DNA from: an uncultured bacterium
GTDB lineage: Bacteria > Patescibacteriota > Minisyncoccia > Moranbacterales > UBA2206
DNA length: 46,044 nt
Reading direction: 5' to 3'
NCBI GenBank assembly: GCA_903842445.1
Contig: CAIMLT010000029.1
Span: 1-46,044, forward strand
Below the pieces are notes generated by a model, which saw nothing but the letters and a program-made list of their open reading frames with translations, ran no database searches and was not told the DNA's origin. The position numbers were made by a program, and so were the translations under genes. Positions 19,029 to 26,650 of the stretch are shown here, in pieces; within the stretch, counting starts at the first letter, position 1, and every line of letters begins with the position of its first letter.

Positions 19029-20081
19029 ATGGAAGAAGATATTTTTAAAGAAATTGAAGCCGAAGAGCAGGCCGAACAAAAAAAGAAAACACAGAATTTG
19101 ATTTCCGCTGTTATTTTGCTTTTGGGAATGTTTCTGGGTAGTCTTTTTGTTGATACGGCACAACTTTTTAAAAAAAGCGGGTATTCTGTTAAAAATCTTA
19201 ATAAATCAGATATTTTTGAGGCGAGTGGAAAAACTTGGGTGGCTTATACCGAATCGGCTGTCGGGATGCAAGTAATTAGTGATGAAACTTGTGAAAAATG
19301 TGATGTTTCAGAGGTTTTAGTTTGGCTCCGTCGCATTGTGCCAACCATCTCAACTGAAAAGATTGATTTTAAATCTGATGAAGGGAGAGACTTAATTGAC
19401 AGATTTGGCATTAAAACATTGCCGGCTTTTATTTTTGATGATTCTGTTATGAAAACCGATTTTTATACTCAAGCTAAAATTCTTTTTGATCAAAAAGAGA
19501 ATAAGCTTTCTTTGCGAACGCAAGACATTGGCATTCCAGTGGGAAAGTATCTTATGACCCCTGAAATAAATGACGGCGATGCATTGACTGGAGCTAAAGA
19601 GGCAAAAGTTAGGGTTGTCGTGTTTTCTGATTTCCAATGTCCTTATTGCAAGCTTTTTCATAAAGTGATGCAAGATGCCATTAAGAATTATGGCGATAGG
19701 ATAATCTTTGATTATAAATTTTTGCCGCTAGAGATTCATCCGCAAGCCAATAGTGCTGCCCTGGCGGCAACTTGCGCTTTGGAGCAGGGAAAATTTTGGG
19801 AATATGCTGACAAGCTTTATGCAGATCAAACGATTTGGGGAGGAAAAAAAGATACGAATAAGTTCAAAGAATATTCCAGAATATTGAAGTTGGATGGAGC
19901 TAAATTCAGTCAATGTTTGGATAGCAAAAAATATCAAGAAAAAATTGATAAGGATATCGAAGAGGCTAATAGTTTTAGTATTTCTGGAACGCCAGGCGTG
20001 TTCGTGAACGACCAATTTCAAGAAGGTGCAATTTCTTATGAACAAGTGAAAGAAGCAATTGATGGTGAATTGGCGAAATAA
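19029..20081 (+). CDS. Membrane-anchored DsbA/thioredoxin-fold protein with two CxxC domains
   Basis: TM helix; CEKC...TLP; FSDFQCPYC, PLEIHPQA, GKFWEY, GTPG. Confidence 0.85.
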   Translation: MEEDIFKEIEAEEQAEQKKKTQNLISAVILLLGMFLGSLFVDTAQLFKKSGYSVKNLNKSDIFEASGKTWVAYTESAVGMQVISDETCEKCDVSEVLVWLRRIVPTISTEKIDFKSDEGRDLIDRFGIKTLPAFIFDDSVMKTDFYTQAKILFDQKENKLSLRTQDIGIPVGKYLMTPEINDGDALTGAKEAKVRVVVFSDFQCPYCKLFHKVMQDAIKNYGDRIIFDYKFLPLEIHPQANSAALAATCALEQGKFWEYADKLYADQTIWGGKKDTNKFKEYSRILKLDGAKFSQCLDSKKYQEKIDKDIEEANSFSISGTPGVFVNDQFQEGAISYEQVKEAIDGELAK

Positions 20082-20100
20082 AAAAAATAGTTGATTGAAT

Positions 20101-20187
20101 TTGTAAAGACGTCCTGCTCGGGCGTCTTTTTGCATTGTGATAAAAAAACTTGACAATCCTAGACGCCCCAACGGGTCGTCTCTACAA
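20101..20187. repeat. Inverted doublet of GTAG-type REP-like palindromes; left copy doubles as a terminator
   Basis: 20101-20127 TTGTAAAGACGTCCTGCTCGGGCGTCT vs reverse complement of 20161-20187 TTGTAGAGACGACCCGTTGGGGCGTCT (22/27 identical). Confidence 0.75.
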
Positions 20188-20202
20188 TCAGATTAAATTT
20201 TA

Positions 20203-20211
20203 TGCTATACT
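20203..20211 (+). promoter_or_regulatory. Extended -10 promoter, probably giving a leaderless porC mRNA
   Basis: TGcTATACT ends 6 nt before the ATG at 20218. Confidence 0.5.
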
Positions 20212-20217
20212 AATCCT

Positions 20218-20787
20218 ATGAAATATCATAAAGATACAATGGAATTTATCTTTTTTGCGCGGGGTGGGCAAGGAGCAAAAACCGCTGCGGAAATTATTGC
20301 GCAGGCTGCGGTGGCTGAAGGTAATTTCGTGCAAACTTTCCCTAATTTCGGACCTGAGCGCAGTGGTGCGCCAACCAAAACTTATTTGCGTATTTCTGAT
20401 AAGGCTATTCGCACCAAGGAACCAGTTATTGATCCGGACGTAGTGGTTGTTTTAGATGACACGCTTCTTTCAAGCCAGAAAGTAACTGAAGGGTTGGACA
20501 AAAATGAAGCGCTGATTATTAATTCTACGAAGCATTCACATGAGATTAGGAACACCATTCGTTTTGATGGTAAAATTCATGCTGTTGACGCTAATGGAAT
20601 TTCAATGGAAGTTGTTGGACAGCTCAGACCAAACACAGTGATTTTGGGGAAAATTATTAAAGTTACAGAAATTGTGAAATTGGAAAGTATTCTAGAAGAA
20701 TTTCGCAAAATTTTTGAAGAAAAAATCGGCAAAGAGAATTGTGAAAAAAACATTTTGGCAATTGAAAAGGCGTATGATAGTATTTAA
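20218..20787 (+). CDS. porC: Pyruvate/2-oxoacid:ferredoxin oxidoreductase gamma subunit
   Basis: RGGQGAKTA, FGPERSGAP, PNTVILG. Confidence 0.9.
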   Translation: MKYHKDTMEFIFFARGGQGAKTAAEIIAQAAVAEGNFVQTFPNFGPERSGAPTKTYLRISDKAIRTKEPVIDPDVVVVLDDTLLSSQKVTEGLDKNEALIINSTKHSHEIRNTIRFDGKIHAVDANGISMEVVGQLRPNTVILGKIIKVTEIVKLESILEEFRKIFEEKIGKENCEKNILAIEKAYDSI

Positions 20788-20798
20788 CTGAAATTTTT

Positions 20799-21080
20799 AT
20801 GGAAAAAGGCGCAATCATCAAGCATGATATCAAAAAATCTCCCCGGACCGGTTCTTGGCGATATATGAAACCGGAAGTGGATAAAGATAAGTGTATTGGC
20901 TGCGCGACTTGCGTGCCGTTTTGTCCTGAAGCTTCGATAACAGTGAACAGTGAACAAAAGTCAGTGAACAATAAAAAAAAATCAAAAGGTGTTGCTGAAA
21001 TAGATTATGAATTTTGCAAAGGTTGCGGAGTGTGCGCGCAAGTTTGTCCGGTAAAAGCAATTTTAATGAAAAAGAATTAG
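20799..21080 (+). CDS. porD: Pyruvate/2-oxoacid:ferredoxin oxidoreductase delta subunit (2x[4Fe-4S])
   Basis: TGSWR..KP, CIGCATCVPFCP, CKGCGVCAQVCP. Confidence 0.92.
   Translation: MEKGAIIKHDIKKSPRTGSWRYMKPEVDKDKCIGCATCVPFCPEASITVNSEQKSVNNKKKSKGVAEIDYEFCKGCGVCAQVCPVKAILMKKN
20939..20973 (+). repeat. Five in-register heptamers (AACAGTG-like) inside porD
   Basis: AACAGTG AACAGTG AACAAAA GTCAGTG AACAATA. Confidence 0.65.
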
Positions 21081-21083
21081 CTT

Positions 21084-22226
21084 ATGACAAATAATAAAAA
21101 AAACAAATTGGCTTTGACCGGTGGATATGCGGTTGCCTATGCATTGAGGCAAATTGAGCCTGATGTTATGCCGATCTATCCGATCACTCCGCAAACTCCA
21201 ATTATTGAAACTTATGCCAAATTTGTGGCGGATGGCGAAGTTATGACAGAAATGATTGAAGTTGAATCGGAGCATAGCGCGATGAGTGCGGCAATTGGGG
21301 CGTCAGCTGCCGGAGCACGCACAGCGACGGCGACAAGTTCGCAAGGACTTGCCTATATGCATGAAATGCTCTATATCGCATCTGGCATGCGCCTGCCAAT
21401 TCTCATGGTAGTGGCAGCTAGGGCACTTTCAGCGCCACTTAGCATTCACGGTGATCACAGTGATGTAATGGGAAGTCGCGATGCCGGTTGGGTGCAGATT
21501 TTTTGCGAAAATCCACAAGAGGTCTATGACAAAACAATCATCGGGATGAAACTGGCGGAACGTGTCGGACTACCGGTGATGGTGATTATGGATGGATTCA
21601 ACACTTCGCATTCCGTGGAAAATTTGGAGATTTTGGATGCGAAACTCGTCAAAAAATTTATTGGAGAATATCTTCCTGAGCACTCATTGCTTGACATTGA
21701 AAATCCGGTGACGTATGGACCGGTGGCGCTTCAAGAATCTTATTTTGAATTCAAAATTGATCAAGAAGAGGCGATGGCGAAAGTGGCGGAAGAATATTTG
21801 AAGATTTCCAGGGAGTATGAAAAAATCAGTGGAAGAAAATATGGTTTTTTTGAAGAGTATCGCTTGGAAGATGCCGAGAAAGTTTTAGTGCTTATCGGCT
21901 CAGTTGCCGGAACCGCAAAAGATGCGGTTGATGAGCTGCGAAAGAAAGGTGAAAAAGTTGGGTTAATTAAGATTGAACTGTTTCGTCAGTTTCCATTTGC
22001 CAAAATTGCCAATGCGCTAAAAAATGCTAAAGAAATAATCGTGATGGATCGAGCTCAATCAATCGGTTCACATCCGCCACTATATTCAGAAATCATGGTT
22101 GGTCTAAGGGATAGGAGTGATATGAAAATTTCCAGTATTATCTATGGTCTGGGTGGACGAGATGTTTTTAAAAAACAATTTGAAAATATTCTGGAGGGGA
22201 AATTTGATAATAAGTATTTAATTTAA
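21084..22226 (+). CDS. porA: Pyruvate/2-oxoacid:ferredoxin oxidoreductase alpha subunit
   Basis: YPITPQT, ESEHSA, TATSSQG, DHSD, YGLGGRD. Confidence 0.93.
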   Translation: MTNNKKNKLALTGGYAVAYALRQIEPDVMPIYPITPQTPIIETYAKFVADGEVMTEMIEVESEHSAMSAAIGASAAGARTATATSSQGLAYMHEMLYIASGMRLPILMVVAARALSAPLSIHGDHSDVMGSRDAGWVQIFCENPQEVYDKTIIGMKLAERVGLPVMVIMDGFNTSHSVENLEILDAKLVKKFIGEYLPEHSLLDIENPVTYGPVALQESYFEFKIDQEEAMAKVAEEYLKISREYEKISGRKYGFFEEYRLEDAEKVLVLIGSVAGTAKDAVDELRKKGEKVGLIKIELFRQFPFAKIANALKNAKEIIVMDRAQSIGSHPPLYSEIMVGLRDRSDMKISSIIYGLGGRDVFKKQFENILEGKFDNKYLI

Positions 22227-22233
22227 AGGTAAT

Positions 22234-22482
22234 ATGATGAATTTTGTTCCTTGGCAGTTTCATTTTATTTCTCTTGGGGCTGTGGGATTTTGGTTTTTGT
22301 ACTGGGGAATGAAACAGCAAGCAGAATTTAAAGAAGAGCATTTAAACAGCACTACTTGGCTTGGGATTATTTTAGTTCTGATTTCTATCACATCCGTTTT
22401 TTATTCGCAAGGTGTTATTTTTGGGAGTGTATATCTGATTGTGGCTATAATCATTGGAAAATCATATTTTAATGTGATTTAG
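22234..22482 (+). CDS. Small hypothetical membrane protein (about 3 TM) between porA and porB
   Basis: 82-aa hydrophobic ORF filling the gap with 7 and 10 nt spacing. Confidence 0.65.
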   Translation: MMNFVPWQFHFISLGAVGFWFLYWGMKQQAEFKEEHLNSTTWLGIILVLISITSVFYSQGVIFGSVYLIVAIIIGKSYFNVI

Positions 22483-22492
22483 ATAATTTATT

Positions 22493-23401
22493 ATGAACAA
22501 AAATTTATCAAAACATTTGGCGCCAGGTCATAGCGCTTGCGCAGGATGCGCGTTCCCCTCAATTGTGCGAACGATTCTGGGTGAAGCGACCACGCCGGTG
22601 GTGATTTCCAATGCAACGGGTTGTCTTGAGGTAACTTCAACCATCTATCCCTACACAGCTTGGAATGTGCCCTATATTCATAGTGCTTTTGAAAATGCGG
22701 CGGCAACTATTTCTGGTGTGGAGAGAGCCTATCTGGCGATGAAAAAAAAAGGAAAAATAAAAAAGAAAATTAAGTTTGTAGTGTTTGGCGGAGATGGAGG
22801 TACCTATGATATTGGTCTTCAAAGTTTGTCTGGAGCACTTGAGCGCGGACATGATTTTCTTTATGTTTGCTATGATAACGGTGGCTACATGAACACGGGC
22901 AATCAAAGATCATCAGCTACGCCTTATGGCGCGGGAACAGAAACGACGCCACTAGGAAAAGAATCTTTTGGAAAAGTAGAAACGCGTAAAAGCTTAATGG
23001 AGATAGTTGCGGCGCACAGAATTTCATATGCCGCGCAAGCTAATGTTTCCAATCTAGCTGATCTTAAGACGAAAGCCAAAAAAGCTCTGTCAGTTTCCGG
23101 GCCGTCATTTCTCCTGGTTTTTTCGCCTTGCACAAATAATTGGAAATTTCCAACTTCGCAGTATGTCGCAATTTCTAAGCTGGCGTCTGAAACAAATTTT
23201 TGGCCGCTCTATGAAATTGAAAATGGAAAATACAAACTAAACTTTGAACCAAAGACGCTAAAACCGGTTGCTGAATTTTTGAAAACCCAGGGGCGGTTCA
23301 AGCATTTGTTTTCTGAGAAAAATAAATTGGTTCTAGGGCAAATTCAAAAAAAGGTGAATTCTGAATTTGCGAAAATCGCCAGTCTCTGCGGGCTTCTTTA
23401 A
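22493..23401 (+). CDS. porB: Pyruvate/2-oxoacid:ferredoxin oxidoreductase beta subunit (TPP-binding)
   Basis: GHSACAGC, ATGCLEV, GGDGG..DIG, DNGGYMNTG, SPC. Confidence 0.93.
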   Translation: MNKNLSKHLAPGHSACAGCAFPSIVRTILGEATTPVVISNATGCLEVTSTIYPYTAWNVPYIHSAFENAAATISGVERAYLAMKKKGKIKKKIKFVVFGGDGGTYDIGLQSLSGALERGHDFLYVCYDNGGYMNTGNQRSSATPYGAGTETTPLGKESFGKVETRKSLMEIVAAHRISYAAQANVSNLADLKTKAKKALSVSGPSFLLVFSPCTNNWKFPTSQYVAISKLASETNFWPLYEIENGKYKLNFEPKTLKPVAEFLKTQGRFKHLFSEKNKLVLGQIQKKVNSEFAKIASLCGLL

Positions 23402-23402
23402 G

Positions 23403-23735
23403 ATGAAAAGCTTTTCTACAAATATCTCCAAATCTTTCTCTGAATTGGTTTATGCTAAAACTAAACTTGTTCCACGTGGGAGAGTAACGACTTATGGTCA
23501 AATTGCTAAGGCAATTGGAAAACCAAAATCTTCTCGAGCAGTGGGTAACGCGCTAAATTGCAATCCCTATGCGCCAGTCGTTCCCTGTCATCGCGTGGTG
23601 AGAAGCGACGGGAAAATAGGAGGTTTTGCTTATGGTGCAAAAGCTAAAGCTGGACTTTTGGCGAAAGAAGGAGTAAAAGTAATAGACGGAAAGATTATGG
23701 ATTTTCCGAAAAAATTGTTTAAATTTGGAAAATAA
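23403..23735 (+). CDS. ogt: O6-methylguanine-DNA methyltransferase (C-terminal domain only)
   Basis: VTTYGQIA, RAVGNAL, active-site PCHRV. Confidence 0.85.
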   Translation: MKSFSTNISKSFSELVYAKTKLVPRGRVTTYGQIAKAIGKPKSSRAVGNALNCNPYAPVVPCHRVVRSDGKIGGFAYGAKAKAGLLAKEGVKVIDGKIMDFPKKLFKFGK

Positions 23736-23758
23736 TTTTGTGATTTTTCAGTATTTCT

Positions 23759-23953
23759 AGTGTCATCCTTGTGAAGGCGGGGATCCAGGGTCCCCTATCT
23801 ACAAACTCTGAAAAATCAAACTGTAAGCACAATAATCTTTCCAATTAAGTAGGTCTTAAATTTTAATAATCCGCCTTTTCTTTATTTTAAGCTTGAGGTG
23901 CCTGGATCCCCGCCGGAGTTTATCCTCGTGAAAACGGGGGCGGGGATGACACT
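23759..23953. repeat. Inverted pair of dRS3/REP-like palindromes (TGTCATCC...GGGGATCCAG family), right arm with a nested copy
   Basis: Left arm AGTGTCATCCTTGTGAAGGCGGGGATCCAGG (23759-23789); right arm 23901-23953 is its inverted counterpart with an extra internal segment. Confidence 0.8.
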
Positions 23954-23973
23954 GAATTTACGAAATTTATTTT

Positions 23974-25011
23974 ATGCAAATCGAAAAATTAAAAAAAATT
24001 CTAATTGAAAATGGTGAACCGAAATTTCGTTTAAGCCAGATTAAAAAAGCCATCTATCAAGATGGCGTTTCTGCTTTTTCGGAAATTTCAACTATTTCCA
24101 AAAATTTGCGTGAACTGCTGGAGAAGGAAGTTGAGATTCTGTCATTTGAGGTGGAAAAAGTTTTAGCTTCCAAGGACGGACTATCTCTAAAAGCACTCTT
24201 CAAATTAGTAGACGGAAGTAGAATTGAATCGGTTTTGCTTTCGCCGATAGAAAATAAATGGTCAGTTTGTATTTCTTCCCAAGTTGGATGCCAGTTGAAT
24301 TGCGGTTTTTGCGCAACCGGAAAAAATGGATTTCAAAGAAATCTAACTGCCGAAGAAATTAGCGACCAAGTTTTATTTTGGAGGCAGCACCTACAAAAAA
24401 ATTTCAAATTTAAAATTTCAAATTTAAAATTGACAAACGTCGTCTACATGGGAATGGGGGAGCCGTTTTTGAATTGGGATGAGGTCAGAAAAAGCCTCAA
24501 AGATTTAACAGATAAGGATTTATTTGCTTTCGGTTCGCGAAGTATTTCCGTTTCGACAGCTGGAATACCCGATGGAATTCAAAAACTTGCAGAAGAATTT
24601 CCACAAATTAATTTGGCAATCTCCTTGCATTTTGCAAGTGATGTTAAAAGAAACCAATTTATGCCGATTAATAAAAAATATAATTTAGAAGAATTGAAAA
24701 TGGCTCTCCGCGATTATTTCTCTAAAACCAAAAGGCAAGTTTTTATTGAGTATCTGATGCTATCTGGGATTAATGATAGCGAAGAAGACGCTTACGCACT
24801 TTCAACGTATCTAAAATCAATTGGTAATCGCCAACTTTTGCATGTCAACCTGATTGCCTATAACGAAACAGGCAATTCTTTCAAAGCTTCTTCCGGCAAC
24901 AAAACTCATTTGTTCAAAAACTATCTGGAAAACGGAGGACTTAGCGTAACAATCAGAAAAAGTCTTGGGCAAGAAGTTTCGGGTGCTTGTGGGCAATTGG
25001 CAGGTAAATGA
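23974..25011 (+). CDS. rlmN: 23S rRNA m2A2503/tRNA m2A37 radical SAM methyltransferase
   Basis: CISSQVGCQLNCGFCATG, MGMGEP, LAISLH, FIEY, GACGQL. Confidence 0.93.
   Translation: MQIEKLKKILIENGEPKFRLSQIKKAIYQDGVSAFSEISTISKNLRELLEKEVEILSFEVEKVLASKDGLSLKALFKLVDGSRIESVLLSPIENKWSVCISSQVGCQLNCGFCATGKNGFQRNLTAEEISDQVLFWRQHLQKNFKFKISNLKLTNVVYMGMGEPFLNWDEVRKSLKDLTDKDLFAFGSRSISVSTAGIPDGIQKLAEEFPQINLAISLHFASDVKRNQFMPINKKYNLEELKMALRDYFSKTKRQVFIEYLMLSGINDSEEDAYALSTYLKSIGNRQLLHVNLIAYNETGNSFKASSGNKTHLFKNYLENGGLSVTIRKSLGQEVSGACGQLAGK
24401..24428 (+). repeat. 14-bp tandem duplication (four heptamers) inside rlmN
   Basis: ATTTCAAATTTAAA ATTTCAAATTTAAA. Confidence 0.6.
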
Positions 25012-25017
25012 TTAGAT

Positions 25018-26622
25018 TTAAAGCTTTTTTACCATATAGCTATCTTTCAAGTGATAACCCAATTTTCGATAGTATCCGCGTGCACCGATGCCTGAAATTA
25101 CGGCGATTTTCTTGAGGCCGAATTCATCGTGTGCGATTCGTTCAGCTTCCAAGATTAATTTTTTGCCAAGGCCGATGTGTTGTGGGGAATTTTTGTCGGA
25201 TTTATTAATGCTTGTTAGCTTGCCATAAGTATGCACTTCGCGGATGATGGCGGAATTTTTGAGGACTGATATGACTGGATTCCCGTCTGCACGGGAATGA
25301 CAAAAAGAGGGAATGCGGAGACGAAGAAGTGCGAAAAGTTTTTTATTGTCTCTTGTTGCGTATTCTAGAAAAATTTCTTTTCCATCACTTGCGTCATAAT
25401 CAATGCGGTTGAGAATTATGCTTTCTTTGGGTTTGAAATCTCCACCTACTTCACGGCAACGGATACACTGGCACATTGACTCTTTCTCGATGTTTTGACG
25501 GAGATTGGAAATTGTCGGACCGGCGAGAATGGAAGTTGTCGGCACATCACGCACAAGCCTTGCGATTCTGACATAGGGCGGAATAATATTTTTTTTAATT
25601 TTCAAAATAAATTTGGCAAACTCAATGTCGCCCAGTGGTTGGTATTTTCTTTTTTGGAAAAGTCGATGGAGCGCGGTGTTTTTAGTAACAACAGTCGGAT
25701 AAATTTTTAGCATATCCGGTTGAAAGTTAGAACTTCTGAATAATTCTTGAAACATCTCGTAGTCTCTTTTGAGATTTGAGCCGGGAAGTCCGGGCATAAT
25801 ATGATAATTAATTTTAAAGCCGGCATCTTTTAGGAGTTTAGTAGCCTCAATAGTCGCTTGAATAGAATGTCCGCGCTTATTTATTTTCAAAACATCATCA
25901 AAAATGCTTTGCACGCCAAGTTCAACTCGTGTGCAACCCAGCTTTCGAAAATTCACAATTTCTTCTTCATTAATATAATCCGGGCGAGTTTCCAAGGTTA
26001 AGCCGATAATTCGACATGCGGCTTTTTCGTTGCGGTTTTGTTCTTTTTCTAACGCGGTAGAGACGCGATTAATCGCGTCTCTACGATTAATGTGATAATC
26101 ATTACACGCGCGAAAACATTCCGTGATGAATTTTTTTTGGTAATTTTTTGGAAAATAGGAAAAGGTTCCACCCATCACTATGAGTTCTACTTTTTCAATT
26201 TTATGGCCATTAAGTTCCAGGGCGCGCAGACGCCTTTGAACTTGCCGATGTGGATTAAATTTGGCGGAAATCGCGCGCATAACCGCCGGTTCGTTTGAGA
26301 GATAGCTTTTGGGCATTTCTTTTTCACTTGGGCAATAGATGCATTTTCCAGGACACGGGTATGGCTTAGTGAGAACGGCAACTACAGCCACGCCAGACTG
26401 CGTGCGCATTTTTTTGCTAAGCAAAATTTTTTCAAAGTTAAAGTTTCTTTCAATTTCTTTTTTTGCAATCATTTTTTCGTAATATTCCCGAACGTCGGCA
26501 TTGGTTGGTGGCTGAACAGCAAGTTTTTTGCAGATATCTTTTTTGAGACGCGAAAAATCTGCAGGATCTTCAATATTTGCTTCCATTGCTAATTTTATGA
26601 AATTGTCATAGGATTTAAGCAT
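25018..26622 (-). CDS. elp3: Elp3 tRNA uridine(34) carboxymethyltransferase (radical SAM + KAT)
   Basis: SGVAVVAV, CPGKCIYCP, PKSY, MGGTF, ETRPD, ELGVQS, LKIYPT, CQCIRCRE, REVHTYG, QHIGLG, ISGIGARGYYRKLGY. Confidence 0.93.
   Translation of the reverse strand: MLKSYDNFIKLAMEANIEDPADFSRLKKDICKKLAVQPPTNADVREYYEKMIAKKEIERNFNFEKILLSKKMRTQSGVAVVAVLTKPYPCPGKCIYCPSEKEMPKSYLSNEPAVMRAISAKFNPHRQVQRRLRALELNGHKIEKVELIVMGGTFSYFPKNYQKKFITECFRACNDYHINRRDAINRVSTALEKEQNRNEKAACRIIGLTLETRPDYINEEEIVNFRKLGCTRVELGVQSIFDDVLKINKRGHSIQATIEATKLLKDAGFKINYHIMPGLPGSNLKRDYEMFQELFRSSNFQPDMLKIYPTVVTKNTALHRLFQKRKYQPLGDIEFAKFILKIKKNIIPPYVRIARLVRDVPTTSILAGPTISNLRQNIEKESMCQCIRCREVGGDFKPKESIILNRIDYDASDGKEIFLEYATRDNKKLFALLRLRIPSFCHSRADGNPVISVLKNSAIIREVHTYGKLTSINKSDKNSPQHIGLGKKLILEAERIAHDEFGLKKIAVISGIGARGYYRKLGYHLKDSYMVKKL
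25275..25302 (-). repeat. dRS3-like palindrome in frame inside elp3
   Basis: Minus strand TGTCATTCCCGTGCAGACGGGAATCCAG (ATTCCC-N8-GGGAAT), encodes CHSRADGNP. Confidence 0.85.
26057..26084. repeat. Perfect 28-bp GTAG-type palindrome in frame inside elp3
   Basis: GTAGAGACGCGATTAATCGCGTCTCTAC is its own reverse complement; encodes RRDAINRVST. Confidence 0.9.
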
Positions 26623-26650
26623 GCGCTTAATTTCTCAAGATTATTTTTTT

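Noticed and set aside
23403..23735. Alkyltransferase-like (ATL) protein call
   Set aside because: Active-site Cys is retained (PCHRV, not PWHRV)
26620..26623. elp3 and methyltransferase start codons overlapping in one CATG
   Set aside because: The ATG at 26651 fits the Trm9-like N-terminus better, so the overlap is probably incidental; not fully excluded
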